A DNA stretch of 64,000 bases from Flavobacteriales bacterium (GTDB lineage: Bacteria > Bacteroidota > Bacteroidia > Flavobacteriales_C > GCA-002722245), in the NCBI GenBank assembly GCA_002717515.1, contig PBEC01000011.1, forward strand, positions 41,902 through 105,901. Reading direction: 5' to 3'. Under the pieces are notes generated by a model. It did no database searches and was not told where the DNA came from. It saw only the letters and a program-made list of their open reading frames with translations. Position 1 is the stretch's first letter; every line of letters starts with the position of its first letter. Below are positions 49,120-58,688 of the stretch, piece after piece. Position numbers and translations under genes: made by a program.

Positions 49120-50133
49120 TTAAACCCCTACTTTTTGTGAAATTAAATATTCAGCGATTTGAACTGCATTTAATGCTGCGCCTTTTCTTATTTGATCGGA
49201 TACACACCAAAAAGTAATTCCATTTGGATTGGCTAAATCTTCCCTGATTCTACCAACATATACATCATCTTTACCAGCCAAATCATAAGGCATTGGATAT
49301 CCTAGGTTTGGTAAATCGTCAACAACCGTAATTCCTTCAGTAGCTTCACAGGCAGCTCTAAACTGAGCTGGAGTTACGGGCTCCTCTGTTTCACACCAAA
49401 TAGCTTCTGAATGAGCCCTCATTACAGGGACTCTTACACAAGTAGCTGAAACTTCAACATCTGAAGACATAATCTTCTTTGTTTCATTGTACATCTTCAT
49501 TTCTTCTTTAGTGTATCCATTTTCCTGGAAAACATCAATATGAGGAATTACATTGAATAACAACTGGTGAGCAAATGCTTCAACTGTTAAATCTTTATCA
49601 TCAACAAATTGCTTCACCTGCTCTTCTAATTCTGCCATTCCTGAAGCACCGGCTCCTGAAGCAGACTGATACGAAGAAACATGTACTCTTTTTATATGCG
49701 ATAATCCTTCTAGTGCCTTTAAAGCAACTACCATTTGAATGGTTGTACAGTTTGGATTGGCAATAATATTTCTTGGACGATCGTTTGAAGCTTCGGCGTT
49801 TACTTCTGGGACTACCAAAGGGACATCGTTATCCATACGAAACGCACTTGAGTTGTCAATCATTATAGCTCCATGCTTAGTAATAGTATTAGCGTACTCT
49901 TTTGAAATACCTCCGCCTGCAGAAACTAATGCGATATCGATATCTTTGAAATCATCGTTGTGTTTAAGCTCCTTAACAATAAGTGTTTTTCCATTAAAGT
50001 CGTATTCCTTTCCAGCGCTTCTTGCTGATCCGAATAAAATCAATTCATCCATACCCTGTAAAGGTCTTTCCGATAAGATGCTTAGGAATTCTTGTCCTAC
50101 TGCACCACTTGCTCCTACTATTGCTACTTTCAT
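49120..50133 (-). CDS. asd: aspartate-semialdehyde dehydrogenase
   Basis: N-terminal NADP motif [16 protein letters not shown], active-site Cys region and length 337 aa. Strong family resemblance. Confidence 0.9.
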   Translation of the reverse strand: MKVAIVGASGAVGQEFLSILSERPLQGMDELILFGSARSAGKEYDFNGKTLIVKELKHNDDFKDIDIALVSAGGGISKEYANTITKHGAIMIDNSSAFRMDNDVPLVVPEVNAEASNDRPRNIIANPNCTTIQMVVALKALEGLSHIKRVHVSSYQSASGAGASGMAELEEQVKQFVDDKDLTVEAFAHQLLFNVIPHIDVFQENGYTKEEMKMYNETKKIMSSDVEVSATCVRVPVMRAHSEAIWCETEEPVTPAQFRAACEATEGITVVDDLPNLGYPMPYDLAGKDDVYVGRIREDLANPNGITFWCVSDQIRKGAALNAVQIAEYLISQKVGV

Positions 50134-50356
50134 AATTTTATTTTTTGTTTCAAAGAATGCCCAAAGGACGCTTCTGTGTGTTTGTATAAAATTTGCTGTA
50201 CAAAATTAAGTTTTTTATTCCGATTTATATTGTTTTAGTCAAAATTTGGAGTTTTGATTAACATTAAAATAAACATATGTATAAAAGTTAATCTCTTAAA
50301 TCTTGTCTTAATAAATTCACGAAATAATTTCAGTTAAAAATTACAGATCCTTCTAA

Positions 50357-51971
50357 ATGAAGAAGAAAACATTAATAATCATAGTGGTTTTTATATTTAG
50401 TTTAGCTCCTTTTGAATTCATTTTTTCGCAAAACCTAAAAACATATGATCTAATATTCTCAGAAATAATGTTTGACCCCACTCCATCGGTATCGTTACCC
50501 GAACTTGAGTTTATCGAAATATACAACAACAGCGATAGTTTAATTAATCTTTCCGAAATATCTTTAACAATTGGTAGTAGATCTTTTGTTCCAGAAAATC
50601 AAATACTAAAACCAGACTCTTTTATTGTCTTTTGGGACGAAGAAATACCAACACTTAAAAATAGTGGTGATTCATTAAAAATCATGTTTGGAAATAATAC
50701 AATTCATAGGCTGGACTATACCCCATCAATGCATACATCAAGCTTTAAACGTAATGGAGGATGGAGCCTTGAATTAATTGATTTTACAAAACCTTGTTTG
50801 ACTGAAAATAATTGGAATTCATCCGAGAACACATTAGGAGGAACTCCTGGAAAATCGAACAGTATCCTTAATGAGTTAAGTCCTTTGCCAATTGAACTAC
50901 TCTCCTATTGTCCCAAAAACGATTCTCTACTCAACATTATTTTTTCTGTTCCAATTGAGTCTCTTGAAATGAATAATGAATATGAATCATTTTATAATCA
51001 AGTTGTTGTAACCATTCCAAAATTAAACTCTAATTCTATCGATTCTCTATTCATTACCAATGCCACAACTTGTTACGAAACAAGACCTTTTGAAACCTTA
51101 ACGTTAAAATATGGTCTTCCTTTAATTCCTGACTCAGGTGATCTTGTAATCAATGAGTTGCTTTTTAATCCCGATGAAGAAGGAAGTGATTTTATTGAAA
51201 TTTTCAATGTTTCAAACAAACCCATTAATATCTCTTCTCTTTATTTCTGTAAAAAAAAACAATGAGAATGAACTTCAAGAACCTTTTAAAATAAGTAAAT
51301 ATCCTATTTTATTGATGCCTAATGAATATTCTGTTCTTTGTCCAAATAAGAGCTGGTTAATGAACACTTTTCCTAAAACAAAAAATATAACCGAATCGAA
51401 TATTCCTGCAATGAATAATGATGAAGGAAAAATTGTTTTATTAACTCATTCCGCAAAAATTATTGACGAAATTCACTATTTTGAGAACTGGCACCATAAC
51501 GAATTAATTCATTATGAAAATGTCAGTTTAGAAAAATTAAGGCCCACTCTGATTAATGTTTCATCCAATTGGTCTTCAGCTTCTTCAGTTGAAAACTATG
51601 CAACTCCAGGTTATGAAAATTCAAATTTCACAGAGTTAAAAAATACAACTCATAATTTTGAACTCAATCATTCTGTATTTACTCCAAACGGAGACGGCTA
51701 TAATGATCATTTAATTCTTCAATACAACTTATCGGATGTCAATTGGATTGGTAAAATTGATGTCGTTAATCATTTTGGAGAAACGATACATAATATGTAT
51801 TCCAATATATTATTTGGTAAAAAAAACTCGATAAACTGGAATGGGAAATTAACTAATAACACAAGTATAAAACCAGGGATATATGCCTTACTAATCAATG
51901 CATACAACACTAAAACTCAAAAAAAAATTAGAAAAAAATTAATTTTTTATGTGAATGGAATACTGGAATAA
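50357..51971 (+). pseudogene. T9SS-secreted lamin-tail-domain (LTD) protein, interrupted by a +1 frameshift in an A9 homopolymer (51251-51259)
   Basis: ORF 50357-51265 (frame 2) ends ...SSLYFCKKKQ*. Frame 0 continues through ...ISVKKNNENELQEPFKISKYP... to 51971. Removing one A from the A9 run yields one continuous ~538-aa protein. That protein would have a signal peptide, two LTD modules (SEIMFDPTPSVSLPELEFIEIYN and LVINELLFNPDEEGSDFIEIFN) and a type-B T9SS C-terminal domain (FTPNGDGYNDHL...WNGK...GIYALL). Confidence 0.7.
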
Positions 51972-52116
51972 TCATGAACCCTTTTCATTTGAGTGATTGA
52001 AAATGTCATTTCAGTATCCTTTTCACTCATCTTGTCAAATTCATTTGGACAAACGAGTGTAATTCTTGTAATTTCGCCAATGGTAATAAGGTAATTTCTT
52101 ATAGTTAAGGGTTTCG

Positions 52117-52150
52117 AAGGTCAAGTTTATGCTTGACCTTTTCTTTTTTT
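52117..52150 (+). terminator. putative Rho-independent terminator (stem aaggtcaag/cttgacctt, loop tttatg, then TTCTTTTTTT)
   Basis: Perfect 9-bp inverted repeat at 52117-52140 followed by a T-rich run. It lies between the convergent LTD gene and gltX. Confidence 0.5.
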
Positions 52151-52168
52151 AGTTTAAAAATCCAATAT

Positions 52169-53695
52169 TTAAGCTTCTTTTAAAATCTCTATTTGCTGAA
52201 CGCTTTCAGTTAATCTTTTTAATGTTTCTGTTTTACCAATTATTTCTGCAATGTTAAACAAAGACGGGCCTCCTCCCAATCCGGTTATGGATAATCTGAG
52301 TGCAATCATCGCCACTCCAAATCCAACCCCATTATTTTCCAGATAATTCTTAAACGCAGCTTCTAAATTAGCAGCCGTAAACTCCGAAACATTTTCGAAA
52401 ACCTGGGAAATCTCCAATACAATTTGTGCAGATTGATTTTTCCATTTTTTCTTTATCATTTTAACATCAAAATCTCTTGGTGATTCAAAGAAATATTGCG
52501 CGGATGAATAAATATCTTTTACAAATGATACTCGTTCCTTCATGTGTTCCGCCACTGAAATTAAATTTACAGGCGTGTCGATTCCTCGTTTTTTTAAATC
52601 AATTCTAACATCAGAAGCTATTTTTTCGTTTGATTTTTGCCATAAATATTGCTGATTGAACCATTTCGCTTTATCTGGATCAAACTTAGCTCCTGATTTT
52701 CCTACTTTTTGAATATCAAATGCCTGTATCAGTTCATTTAGATTAAAAATTTCCTGTTCCGTTCCAGGATTCCAACCCAACATGGCTATAATATTAAGAA
52801 AAGCTTCTGGATAATATCCTTCCTCTCTATATCCTCTTGAAACATCACCTGTTTTGGGGTCTTTCCATTCTAATGGAAAAACAGGAAAACCACCGGCATC
52901 GCCATCTCTCTTACTAAGTTTACCTTTTCCGTTTGGCTTAAGTAACAATGGTAAATGTGCAAATTTTGGTGAGTCCCATTCAAAAGCTTGATACAATGCC
53001 ACATGCAGTGGAGCTGACGGCAACCATTCTTCACCCCTAATAACATGACTAATTTTCATCAAATGATCGTCAACAACATTCGCTAAGTGATAAGTAGGCA
53101 TTCCATCACTTTTATAAATTATTTTATCATCTAATTCCGACGAGTTAAAACTAACCGTCCCTCTTACCATATCGTCAACCAAAATATTTTGATTAGGTTC
53201 CATCTTAAACCGAACCGTATAAGGAATTCCTTGATTCAATAAATTTTGAGTTTCCTCTTTTGAAAATACAATTGAATTTCGGAGGTAATTTCTTGTAGAG
53301 GAATCATATTTAAAAACCTTTTTTTCTCCTTCGGCTTCCAATCTTTTAACATTTAATTCATCGGGAGTATCAAATGCATAATAAGCTTTATCGTTATCGA
53401 TTAATTGTTGCAAATAAGTAACATAAATGTCTTTTCTTTCCGATTGTTTATATGGTCCGTAATCTCCTCCTTTATGAACTCCCTCATCGAAATCAAATCC
53501 ACACCACTGCACACTCTCAATGATATATTTCTCTGCTCCCTCAACAAATCTTGTTTGATCGGTATCCTCTATTCTTAAAATAACATCTCCTCCTAGCTTT
53601 TTAGCAAATAAATAGTTATATAAGGCTGTCCTGATTCCTCCAACATGTTGAGGACCGGTAGGACTTGGTGCATAACGAACTCTAACTTTTGACAT
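52169..53695 (-). CDS. gltX: glutamate--tRNA ligase
   Basis: Class-I HIGH motif (PSPTGPQHVGGIRTA) and KMSKS-type motif (KLSKRDG). Length 508 aa. Confidence 0.9.
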   Translation of the reverse strand: MSKVRVRYAPSPTGPQHVGGIRTALYNYLFAKKLGGDVILRIEDTDQTRFVEGAEKYIIESVQWCGFDFDEGVHKGGDYGPYKQSERKDIYVTYLQQLIDNDKAYYAFDTPDELNVKRLEAEGEKKVFKYDSSTRNYLRNSIVFSKEETQNLLNQGIPYTVRFKMEPNQNILVDDMVRGTVSFNSSELDDKIIYKSDGMPTYHLANVVDDHLMKISHVIRGEEWLPSAPLHVALYQAFEWDSPKFAHLPLLLKPNGKGKLSKRDGDAGGFPVFPLEWKDPKTGDVSRGYREEGYYPEAFLNIIAMLGWNPGTEQEIFNLNELIQAFDIQKVGKSGAKFDPDKAKWFNQQYLWQKSNEKIASDVRIDLKKRGIDTPVNLISVAEHMKERVSFVKDIYSSAQYFFESPRDFDVKMIKKKWKNQSAQIVLEISQVFENVSEFTAANLEAAFKNYLENNGVGFGVAMIALRLSITGLGGGPSLFNIAEIIGKTETLKRLTESVQQIEILKEA

Positions 53696-53849
53696 ATATT
53701 TATTTTTAAATCACAAATATAACGCTAAGTGATGGATTGATATATTAATGCTTTATAACAAATGATTAACTAAATTTGAAATATAAATCTGTTTTGATTA
53801 ACAATAAGATAAAAAACATGAAGTTATAATTAGTTGATAAAATTTTATT

Positions 53850-54467
53850 ATGAAAAAATTACTCTTTTTATTCTTAGTCTCTATTTCATTAGAAAACTTC
53901 TCTCAAGAAGACGAAGGTGTTACTTATGCTAAATATTCAGGCTGGAGCATGGAGGCTTTTATTACCGGTCAGTTTAGTGAACAACCTGGAAGCGATATTA
54001 TTTTACCATTCTATGGAATTGGTCTTTATCCCAGGTATAATCATAGCCTTGTTGACTATTTTTCAGTAGCAATAGGAACACCAATTAATGGAGGGGTTGA
54101 TGCTCAAGGTTCTTCAATAGGATCTTATTTTCAATTTTTTGCTGATGTACCAATTGAACTTTCTCTAAATTTTGGATCTAAAGCAACTAAAGATGCAGAC
54201 TATTTTTTTGGTGCCTATATTGGAGGAGGTCTGGATTATAATTACTCTGTTTTTTCTAACTCATTTGGTTACAAAGTTAATTCTCATTCTTTTGGACCAA
54301 TGATCAGCGCAGGAATTAGATACATGTACTTAGGTAGGCCTTTAGGAATAAGGGTCAGCTATATGTCAGGCATAGTTAATAATTTCAAAGAAGATCCTTA
54401 TATTATATACAGTAACAGCACAAATCCTAAAATTCTTACTTTAAGCTTAGCTTATAGTGTACAGTAA
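53850..54467 (+). CDS. small outer-membrane beta-barrel-like protein
   Basis: Signal peptide MKKLLFLFLVSISLENFSQ, followed by alternating hydrophobic/polar beta-strand patterns rich in Gly, Tyr and Ser. Confidence 0.45.
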   Translation: MKKLLFLFLVSISLENFSQEDEGVTYAKYSGWSMEAFITGQFSEQPGSDIILPFYGIGLYPRYNHSLVDYFSVAIGTPINGGVDAQGSSIGSYFQFFADVPIELSLNFGSKATKDADYFFGAYIGGGLDYNYSVFSNSFGYKVNSHSFGPMISAGIRYMYLGRPLGIRVSYMSGIVNNFKEDPYIIYSNSTNPKILTLSLAYSVQ

Positions 54468-57400
54468 ATTAAACAATATAAACAGAAATAAAATTCATGA
54501 TAAACTTAAATTGTTTATCAAAAAGTATTATTTAAAAAAATTATTTAAAGGGGGAATCATTACCATTTCATTAGGGCTCTCTCTTCTCCTTGTTTTTGCA
54601 GTATCAGAATACTTTTTTCACTTCAATTCGTTATCGAGATTATTTCTTTTTTTATCGTTTAGTTCAATCTTGACTTTTGCTTTTATCCGCTTTTTTATTT
54701 CACCTTTATTAAAAGTTTATGGTGTTACGAAATCCATTTCAAATTATGAAGCCTCGAAAATTATTGGAAAATACTTTCCAGAAATCCAGGATCGACTCAC
54801 AAATTTGTTACAACTTGAAAATGAAAATGAAAATAATGCCCTAGTTCTGGCAAGCATAAATCAAAAGGCTGAAAAAATTGCCCCTTTTGAATTTAAGGAT
54901 GCTGTTTCATTTCATGAAGTTTTTAAGTTTGGAAAATGGGCCTTAATTCCAATATTAATCGCAATATTTATCTCCAGTTGGAACCCAAATATTCTCTCCA
55001 ATGGAACAAAGCGAATAGTTCAATTTAACAAAAACTTTGCCCCAGAAAATCCATTTAAATTTAAAATAACAAATGAAAATTTATCTGTAATTCGATACAA
55101 CGATTTTAAACTTCAAATTGAATTCACGAACGATGAAGTACCTAATGATGTTTATTTGACTGACGGAGAAAATAAATTCCGATTCATAAAAAAGAGAGCT
55201 TCTATTTTCGAATACGAATTCAGAAATGTTCAAAAAACAATTGATTTTCAGATAAAAACAGGTGAATTTCTCAGTCCATGGTATAAACTTTCACTTATTG
55301 AAAAACCTGTTATTAATCAACTATCACTTAAATTAAATTTTCCGAGTTATACACAAAAGAGTAACGAAGAAGTAAAAAATAGTGGAGATATTATTGTTCC
55401 GGAAGGCACTGAAATCACATGGAAAATTAAATCGAGTTTCGTGAATAAAATTCATTTCGTAACTCAAGATTCAATTGTTTATATCCCTTCCTCAAATAAT
55501 CAAAACGAATATAAAACAAAAGTATATAAAGATTTAAGTTACAGTGTAATTCCTGAAGGTTCCAATGCTATTTTAGGAAACAAAATGAATTATAAAATAA
55601 AAGTCGTTCAAGATGAATATCCCAGAATTAAAGTAAAGGCTATTCATGACTCGATAAATCCTTTGATGATATTTCACTCTGGAATAATAGCAGACGACTA
55701 CGGATTTAAAAAACTAACATTCAATTTCAACAATAAAGACACATCGGGTATAAGGACAATATCCATACCCAGAAACACCTTTCAACATCAATTTAATTAC
55801 GGATTAAACATAAAGGACTTAGGTTTTGAAATAGGGGATGAATTCTCTTACTATTTTGAAGTTTTTGACAACGATGGTGTTAATGGATCAAAATCTGTAA
55901 AAAGTCAAACAGAAGCTTTTAAAGCTCCTTCAAAAAAAGAAATTGAGAATCTTTTAGCCGAAAACAAAGAATCCATTAAGGATAGATTAAGAGAAAACAT
56001 GATTGAAGCTCAAAATCTTCAAAAAGAATTCCAGGCTATTCAAAAAATGATGCTCGAAAAACAAAAAATGGATTGGCAGGATAAAGCCCGCATCCAACAA
56101 TTTTTAGGACATCAAAGAAATTTCGAAAACAACATTGAAAAGCTACAATTTGAAAATGAAAAAAATAATTTTCAAAAAGAACAACTTTCTCCTCAAGAAG
56201 AAAATCTGATAAGAAAACAAGAACAAATAAATGAGTTATTCGATCAATTGATGAATGATGATATGAAAAAACTATATGATGAACTCGAAAAGCTGCTCGA
56301 TGAGTTAAATGAAGACAAAACAAAAGAAACTATTGAGGAAATTAATTTGAGTAACGAAGAGCTTGAGAAAGAACTCGATAGAACATTAGAAATGTTTAAA
56401 CAAATGGAGTTTGATGAAAAATTAGAAAAAGTAATAAATGATCTTAAAGATTTAAGTAAAAAACAAAATGAACTCGGCGAAGAATCAAAAGAAAATAAAG
56501 AAATTTCAAATAAAGAACTTCAAGAAAAACAAGAGGAATTAAACAAAAAATTCAAAGATCTCCAGGAGGAAATCCAAGATTTAAATCAAAAAAATGATGA
56601 ACTTGAAAACAAAAGGAATCTTGAAAACACAATCGATCAACAAAATGAAATAAATAATGACCAGCAAAAAAGTTCTGAAGAACTGGGGAAAAACAATAAA
56701 AATAAAGCGAATAAAAGTCAAAAAAAAGCAGCTGAAAACATGAAAAAATTAGCTGACCAAATGGAGCAAATGCAACAACAGATGCAACAACAAGGACAAA
56801 TGGAAGATATTAATAGTTTAAGGCAAATTCTTGAAAATTTAATATCATTATCCGTTGAGCAAGAAGACTTAATGCAAAATATAAAAAAGATAAACCGTTT
56901 TGACCCTCAGTTTGCTGCTTTAGCAACAAAACAAGGTAACTTAAAAGAAAGTGCTAAATTGATTGAAGATTCCCTTCTAGCGCTATCGAAAAGACAAATA
57001 GCGCTGAAATCTATTATAAACAAAGAGATCATAGACATTAAATACAACATGGACAAATCAATAGATTTATTAAGAGAAAGAAAAAATTATCAATCAGCGG
57101 TTAAACAACAATATGTTATGACTTCTGCAAATAATCTTGCTTTATTGTTGGATGAATCTTTGCAACAAATGCAAGCGCAAATGCAAAACAACATGGTTGG
57201 AAGTGGTTCATGTTCTAAACCAGGAGGGTCAAGTCCGAAATCAGGAATGCCGGATATTAAACAAATGCAAAAACAATTATCTGAGCAAATGAAAAAAATG
57301 ATGAAAGAATTACAAGGTGGCAATATGCCTGGTAATCAAGGTAATAAAAAAAATAAAGGTCTGGCAAAAGATTTGGCCAAAATGTCTGCTCAACAAAATG

Positions 57401-57786
57401 CCATTAAAGAAAAACTCAAAAAATTACACGAGCAGCAAAAAAAACAAGGAAATAATGGATTAGGCGATATGAAAAATCTTTTGAAAGATCTTGAAAATAA
57501 TGAATTCGATCTGTTGAATAAAAACATTACTCGTGAAACAATTCTCAGACAAGAAAAAATAATGAATAAATTATTAAAAGCCGAGAATGCAATGAGGGAA
57601 AGGGAATTAGAAGAAAAAAGAAAGTCAAACAAAGGTAAAAGTGATTTTTATCGTAACCCTCAAGATTTTACCCCGTACAAAAGTTTCGAATTGAAGGAAC
57701 AAGAAGAGTTAAAGACTATTCCGTCATCTTTTAATTTGTATTATAAGCGTAGAATAAGCGAATATTTTAATATTTTTGACGAATAA
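54457..57786 (+). CDS. large membrane-anchored coiled-coil protein (DUF4175-like), 1109 aa
   Basis: Two N-terminal TM helices (GGIITISLGLSLLLVFAV; LFLFLSFSSILTFAFIRFFI) and a third around residue 170. The middle region is beta-rich. The C-terminal ~600 aa are Lys/Glu/Gln-rich heptad-like coiled coil, including a Q/M low-complexity run QMEQMQQQMQQQGQME. Start uncertain: GTG at 54457 or TTG at 54511, with no in-frame ATG. Confidence 0.5.
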   Translation: MYSKLNNINRNKIHDKLKLFIKKYYLKKLFKGGIITISLGLSLLLVFAVSEYFFHFNSLSRLFLFLSFSSILTFAFIRFFISPLLKVYGVTKSISNYEASKIIGKYFPEIQDRLTNLLQLENENENNALVLASINQKAEKIAPFEFKDAVSFHEVFKFGKWALIPILIAIFISSWNPNILSNGTKRIVQFNKNFAPENPFKFKITNENLSVIRYNDFKLQIEFTNDEVPNDVYLTDGENKFRFIKKRASIFEYEFRNVQKTIDFQIKTGEFLSPWYKLSLIEKPVINQLSLKLNFPSYTQKSNEEVKNSGDIIVPEGTEITWKIKSSFVNKIHFVTQDSIVYIPSSNNQNEYKTKVYKDLSYSVIPEGSNAILGNKMNYKIKVVQDEYPRIKVKAIHDSINPLMIFHSGIIADDYGFKKLTFNFNNKDTSGIRTISIPRNTFQHQFNYGLNIKDLGFEIGDEFSYYFEVFDNDGVNGSKSVKSQTEAFKAPSKKEIENLLAENKESIKDRLRENMIEAQNLQKEFQAIQKMMLEKQKMDWQDKARIQQFLGHQRNFENNIEKLQFENEKNNFQKEQLSPQEENLIRKQEQINELFDQLMNDDMKKLYDELEKLLDELNEDKTKETIEEINLSNEELEKELDRTLEMFKQMEFDEKLEKVINDLKDLSKKQNELGEESKENKEISNKELQEKQEELNKKFKDLQEEIQDLNQKNDELENKRNLENTIDQQNEINNDQQKSSEELGKNNKNKANKSQKKAAENMKKLADQMEQMQQQMQQQGQMEDINSLRQILENLISLSVEQEDLMQNIKKINRFDPQFAALATKQGNLKESAKLIEDSLLALSKRQIALKSIINKEIIDIKYNMDKSIDLLRERKNYQSAVKQQYVMTSANNLALLLDESLQQMQAQMQNNMVGSGSCSKPGGSSPKSGMPDIKQMQKQLSEQMKKMMKELQGGNMPGNQGNKKNKGLAKDLAKMSAQQNAIKEKLKKLHEQQKKQGNNGLGDMKNLLKDLENNEFDLLNKNITRETILRQEKIMNKLLKAENAMRERELEEKRKSNKGKSDFYRNPQDFTPYKSFELKEQEELKTIPSSFNLYYKRRISEYFNIFDE

Positions 57787-57796
57787 CCAAAAAAAA

Positions 57797-58240
57797 ATGG
57801 AACAACAATTATCTTTTCCATCAAAGGCTGAAAACCTAAATCAGGTAGAAATTTTAATTAACGATCTTTGCAAAAAATTTGAAGTAAGTGAAGATTATTA
57901 TGGCAACATATTAATTGCTTTAACTGAAGCCGTTAATAATGCTATTCACCATGGAAATAAATCTAATCCAAATAAAGAAGTAAAAATCATTTTTAATGCG
58001 GATGGTTCCGTATTAAAATTTACTATTAAAGATGATGGTCCAGGTTTTGATTTTGATAATCTTCCTGATCCAACAGATCCTCAAAATATTGAAAAACCCC
58101 ATGGAAGAGGAGTTTTTTTAATGAGAAATTTAGCAGACGAAATAGAATTTTCAGATGATGGTTCAACAGTAATAATGAGTTTTAATTTACAAAATGAATT
58201 ATTACAAGAAGTTCAAAAAGAAAAAGAAGAAGAAGCTTAA
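57797..58240 (+). CDS. HATPase_c-type ATP-binding protein (anti-sigma-factor/RsbW-SpoIIAB-like)
   Basis: ALTEAVNNAIHHGN (N-box) and DDGPGFD (G1-box) of GHKL ATPases. ATG at 57797; the track start at 57776 is TTG. Confidence 0.65.
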   Translation: MEQQLSFPSKAENLNQVEILINDLCKKFEVSEDYYGNILIALTEAVNNAIHHGNKSNPNKEVKIIFNADGSVLKFTIKDDGPGFDFDNLPDPTDPQNIEKPHGRGVFLMRNLADEIEFSDDGSTVIMSFNLQNELLQEVQKEKEEEA

Positions 58241-58671
58241 TGGATATTAGTAGTGAATTTAATTTTCACAGTGAAAACATTTCATTCGAAATCAAGAAAA
58301 AGCCGGCAATAATTAGCTGGCTTTCTTATGCAATAAAAAATGAAAATAAAATCCCTGGAGAAATATCTTTAATCTTTTGTTCTGACGATTATTTGCATAA
58401 GCTTAACATAAAACATTTAAATCACGATACGTTAACTGACATTATAACCTTTGATTACTGTGAAAATGAAATTGTACATGGAGATTTATTCATCAGTATT
58501 GATCGTGTAAAAGCAAACGCTGAATTATTTTTAACTTCGTTAGATAATGAATTACATAGAGTTATGATTCATGGAGTGATGCATTTATGCGGATATAAAG
58601 ATAAAACTACTGAGGACCAAAAAGTTATGAGCGCGAAAGAAGATTTTTACCTAAATTTGCGCGACTTTTAA
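58240..58671 (+). CDS. ybeY: rRNA maturation endoribonuclease YbeY
   Basis: Conserved zinc motif HRVMIHGVMHLCGYKD (H3xH5xH). Length 143 aa. Confidence 0.85.
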   Translation: MDISSEFNFHSENISFEIKKKPAIISWLSYAIKNENKIPGEISLIFCSDDYLHKLNIKHLNHDTLTDIITFDYCENEIVHGDLFISIDRVKANAELFLTSLDNELHRVMIHGVMHLCGYKDKTTEDQKVMSAKEDFYLNLRDF

Positions 58672-58688
58672 TGTTTGATTGAGTACTT

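Noticed and set aside
50134-50356. Possible lysine riboswitch or regulatory RNA in the 223-bp divergent region upstream of asd
   Set aside because: The region is almost purely A/T and lacks the GC-rich conserved helices of an L-box. Only an imperfect TAAAATTTG promoter-like element was seen.
51153-51971. ORF 51153-51971 as an independent 272-aa gene
   Set aside because: Its first ~35 codons (MSCFLIPMKKEVILLKFSMFQTNPLISLLFISVKK) are just the alternate-frame read-through of the upstream LTD ORF. The true relationship is a +1 frameshift at the A9 tract, and it is treated as one disrupted gene.
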